From the IMG/VR virus record IMGVR_UViG_3300027987_000266: DNA of 18,737 nt. The stretch is one strand, 5' to 3'. Source of the DNA: a virus. A program made the position numbers and the translations under genes. The notes under the pieces are model-generated. The model was given only the letters and a program-made list of their open reading frames with translations, was not told where the DNA came from and ran no database searches. Positions 16,441-18,737 of the stretch are shown in pieces. The first letter of the stretch is position 1; every line of letters begins with the position of its first letter.

Positions 16441-16869
16441 TTACTCCTGCGTCTGCACTGACCAATGGGTTTTGGTTCCTTCCCGATTCACGCTCGCTTT
16501 CCGGAGTGCGTCGTCCAACAGGGACAAGGAGAGGGCGACGGTCTTCGGATCGTCGATCTCGTCGGGATTCAGTTCGATCAGGTTCTTCGTCTCGACGGTG
16601 ATTGGCGGGTGTAGACGGTCACTCAGGAGCAGCTTGAGGTCCGAGCCGCTGCCAAGATGCACCGGACCGAGACAGTCGGGATTCGTGCCACCGCCAACGG
16701 TCTTGACCATCGCTGGCTCGCTCGGTCCGAAGTTGGCTTTTGTCCTGATTTGTTCATCGAACTCGACAATGTAACCCTCAGCATAACGGCTGAGGAAGTC
16801 GAGAAGGATTTGTGTGCCGCTACTCCTGCTGAGGTTGCGGCTGCCGCTGACGTCTACAAAGATTCTCAT
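16441..16869 (-). CDS. compact vWA/MIDAS-like protein, about 142 aa from ATG 16869 (MRIFVDVSGSRN...VGGGTNPD...LKLLLSD)
   Basis: ATGA overlap with the upstream stop. D-x-S-x-S at the N-terminus, GGGT about 50 aa later and LLLSD about 25 aa after that follow MIDAS spacing. Motif-level only. Confidence 0.55.
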   Translation of the reverse strand: MRIFVDVSGSRNLSRSSGTQILLDFLSRYAEGYIVEFDEQIRTKANFGPSEPAMVKTVGGGTNPDCLGPVHLGSGSDLKLLLSDRLHPPITVETKNLIELNPDEIDDPKTVALSLSLLDDALRKASVNREGTKTHWSVQTQE

Positions 16870-17234
16870 GTTTGTCTCCCGAACTCGGCGATTTTCGCCA
16901 AAAGTGATTGCTTGTCCGGACCAGCAAGGCCGGTCTCGGTGTCCAAGTACACACCAGTGTCGAGGCATTGTTGGCACAAACACCATGCAGCAGCGAAGAC
17001 GTCGAAGCTGTGCCGATCCGTGTCAATGTACCACACCGGATGCCGCTCGTGGCAGCAGTCGCAAGGCCCACTGTCCGGCTCGTTCATCGGCTGGATCAGC
17101 AGATTCTCAGGACGCACGCGGAGACGCTGAATGAGATCGACGATCGGCTGTAGAATCTCACCGATGCCCTCGTCGGGGCGTCCGTCGATCAGACCTTCGA
17201 GTGTGTCAATGGCGTCTTGTACTTCGCTCGACAT
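16866..17234 (-). CDS. hypothetical Cys-rich protein, 122 aa (..CDCCHERH..CLCQQC..)
   Basis: AGGAGAaacaacaATG gives a strong SD. Confidence 0.7.
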   Translation of the reverse strand: MSSEVQDAIDTLEGLIDGRPDEGIGEILQPIVDLIQRLRVRPENLLIQPMNEPDSGPCDCCHERHPVWYIDTDRHSFDVFAAAWCLCQQCLDTGVYLDTETGLAGPDKQSLLAKIAEFGRQT

Positions 17235-17250
17235 TGTTGTTTCTCCTGCT

Positions 17251-17265
17251 CTTTTGTTACAAAAG
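17251..17265. promoter_or_regulatory. 15-bp perfect palindrome CTTTTGT-T-ACAAAAG in the 42-nt gap upstream of the SD of gene 16866..17234. Candidate operator/promoter element.
   Basis: Read directly from the sequence. The loop is too tight for a simple hairpin, which favours a dimeric protein-binding site. It overlaps the recurring TTGTTACAA-AGACC motif. Confidence 0.3.
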
Positions 17266-17276
17266 ACCGTCGCTGG

Positions 17277-18044
17277 TTAATCAGAATCGTGGAGATTCTT
17301 CACGAACAACAGGATGTCGTCATAGCAGTCGGGGCTGAGAATGTCGAACACCTTGACTCTCCGCATTTCGATCGATTCCGGGTCAGTCTTGATCTCGTCA
17401 ATCGGATTCTCTTCCCAGGCGACGATGATCTGGCTCAAGTGGATTCGAACGAGGATTTTCTTGTTGCCGACGAAGGTCTGAAAGCTCAATCGACGATACT
17501 CACCACCATTCCTCGATCGTACCTCGTCTTTCACGTTGTCGATCTGAAAATCGAGTTCCCATGATTCGTTCAAGATCAAGAGCAACGGGAAAAGAATCGC
17601 CAGTTCTTCGCTGAATCCTCCTTTCCATCTGCTCCAATCAACGTGATTGGCAAGCTCCATTGGAGTCTCACAGCCATCTTGCGGCGAGAAGCCACCCATA
17701 GTCCACGAAGCTTTGTGATAACGCCACTTGCCGTCTTCGTGCCAACCGCCCTTGCTCCAAATCTCGGTGTTCGCACCGGGAATGAATGGGACGTTGCGTC
17801 TCCGCTCTACTGTTCCGCTACAGTATCCTGCGTTCGCCACCATGAATTCCTGGTAGATGCGAATGAAGAGAAGCTCTTCCGTCGTCGGCATTTCGCTGTT
17901 GGCTTGCAGACAAAACAATGGCATCGGCGGCTGTGTGAAGACCATGAAAAGAGAATTGCCGTCACTCAAGCCCTCAGTCTGGCCAATGCCGTGATTGAGA
18001 AGAGTCTCGACGTGTCTGTTGACCTTGTCAGATTTAGTCATCAT
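17277..18044 (-). CDS. hypothetical protein, 255 aa. DLADP-like module (..RRVKVFDILSPDCYDDILLFVKNLH..)
   Basis: ATGA overlap with the upstream stop. Confidence 0.7.
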   Translation of the reverse strand: MMTKSDKVNRHVETLLNHGIGQTEGLSDGNSLFMVFTQPPMPLFCLQANSEMPTTEELLFIRIYQEFMVANAGYCSGTVERRRNVPFIPGANTEIWSKGGWHEDGKWRYHKASWTMGGFSPQDGCETPMELANHVDWSRWKGGFSEELAILFPLLLILNESWELDFQIDNVKDEVRSRNGGEYRRLSFQTFVGNKKILVRIHLSQIIVAWEENPIDEIKTDPESIEMRRVKVFDILSPDCYDDILLFVKNLHDSD

Positions 18045-18511
18045 TTGCGGTGATAATCCAAATAGTCGAGAATGTGGTCAAAGCAGTCGGGATCTGCCAG
18101 ATTGAAATCACGGCTGTTGTCGTACAACGCCATGCTGATACTCACCTTGTCGTCGCTGACCTCTATCGTGGCGAAATGGTCGCTCTTGTACTGCCCAAAC
18201 AGTCGTCGAGAATTCTTACCAACGACCTCGGACTTGATGCCAAAGCTCTCATTGATCAGACGACAAATGTCGTCCACGACATAGTGGTAACACTCTCCTT
18301 CTTGCCAGACAAGCTCACCGGCCGCCTCTGTGAGCTTGCCGGTGTGGTGCGGATCGTGGTATTTCACAACGTGAATCGAAGAGACATACTCACTACCGCA
18401 ACAGGCATGGCGTGCCTTCTGCTTCGCATCGTCGATTGTGTCAGCCTCAACAAAATGGTACGCTGTCGGCAGCAGACCACAATCGTGAGGACAGATGGCG
18501 ACGAGCTTCAC
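18041..18511 (-). CDS. hypothetical Cys/His-rich protein, 156 aa. DLADP-module family (..DHFATIEVSDDKVSISMALY..RDFNLADPDCFDHILDYLDYH..)
   Basis: GTGA overlap with the upstream stop. Confidence 0.7.
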   Translation of the reverse strand: MKLVAICPHDCGLLPTAYHFVEADTIDDAKQKARHACCGSEYVSSIHVVKYHDPHHTGKLTEAAGELVWQEGECYHYVVDDICRLINESFGIKSEVVGKNSRRLFGQYKSDHFATIEVSDDKVSISMALYDNSRDFNLADPDCFDHILDYLDYHRK

Positions 18512-18723
18512 GGCTTTCTTCCGAATCGGGTGTTGTAGCTGGCAGAGTGACAGGTGAGTTTCGGCGTGACTTTGCCGCTCACGAGAGCCTGCAGAGCCGT
18601 GGCGAGTGCCGGTGGCTCGTCCGCCATGGTCGTCGATTCGAGCAGGCGGAGCCGCTCGCGGACTTGGGCGACGTTGAGGTCGCTGTCGACGACGTACTCG
18701 ATTTTGATCCTGAACTGGTTCAT
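18508..18723 (-). CDS. hypothetical protein, 71 aa
   Basis: AGGAGAaactATG gives a strong SD at the right edge of the window. Confidence 0.6.
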   Translation of the reverse strand: MNQFRIKIEYVVDSDLNVAQVRERLRLLESTTMADEPPALATALQALVSGKVTPKLTCHSASYNTRFGRKP

Positions 18724-18737
18724 AGTTTCTCCTGTGC

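Noticed and set aside
15714-16601. A 295-aa plus-strand ORF
   Set aside because: It is antisense to two well-supported minus-strand genes (15780..16439, 16441..16869). The Arg/Ser-rich tail is characteristic of spurious frames.
1-18737. CRISPR arrays, rRNA, IS elements and terminal inverted repeats
   Set aside because: I saw no regularly spaced direct repeats, no transposase-like or integrase-like ORF, and no rRNA-like conserved stretches.

Overview
Every convincing gene in this window lies on the minus strand, forming one tightly packed array of about 38 small protein-coding genes, at least 16 of which overlap by 4 nt (ATGA/GTGA). Shine-Dalgarno motifs (AGGAGA/GGAGG) are frequent. That is the signature of a virulent-phage-like early/replication module or a large mobile-element operon. 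The ORF track accepts ATG, GTG and TTG and always takes the longest ORF, so many listed N-termini are over-extended into Arg- or Ser-rich alternate-frame sequence; I re-set those starts using the overlap and SD evidence. Only a few products are recognisable. The NAD-dependent DNA ligase (LigA, 761 aa, 12917..15202) has its full domain set. One protein carries a DnaJ-type CxxCxGxG x2 zinc finger, one is a probable PD-(D/E)xK nuclease, and one is a compact vWA/MIDAS-like protein. No capsid, terminase, portal, integrase, tRNA, rRNA or CRISPR is detectable. The main finding is a paralogous family: at least 12 otherwise diverse genes share a C-terminal module with the motif h-x-h-D-L-A-D-P-[DN]-[SC]-[IF]-[ED]-x-x-L followed by an amphipathic helix. 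Two members share an identical 21-nt stretch. I could not assign this module to any known family. Other observations: two sub-60-aa ORFs bounded by ATGA overlaps at both ends that the ORF track missed, a motif that recurs in the few non-coding gaps (candidate promoter/operator), and a hairpin that sequesters an SD.
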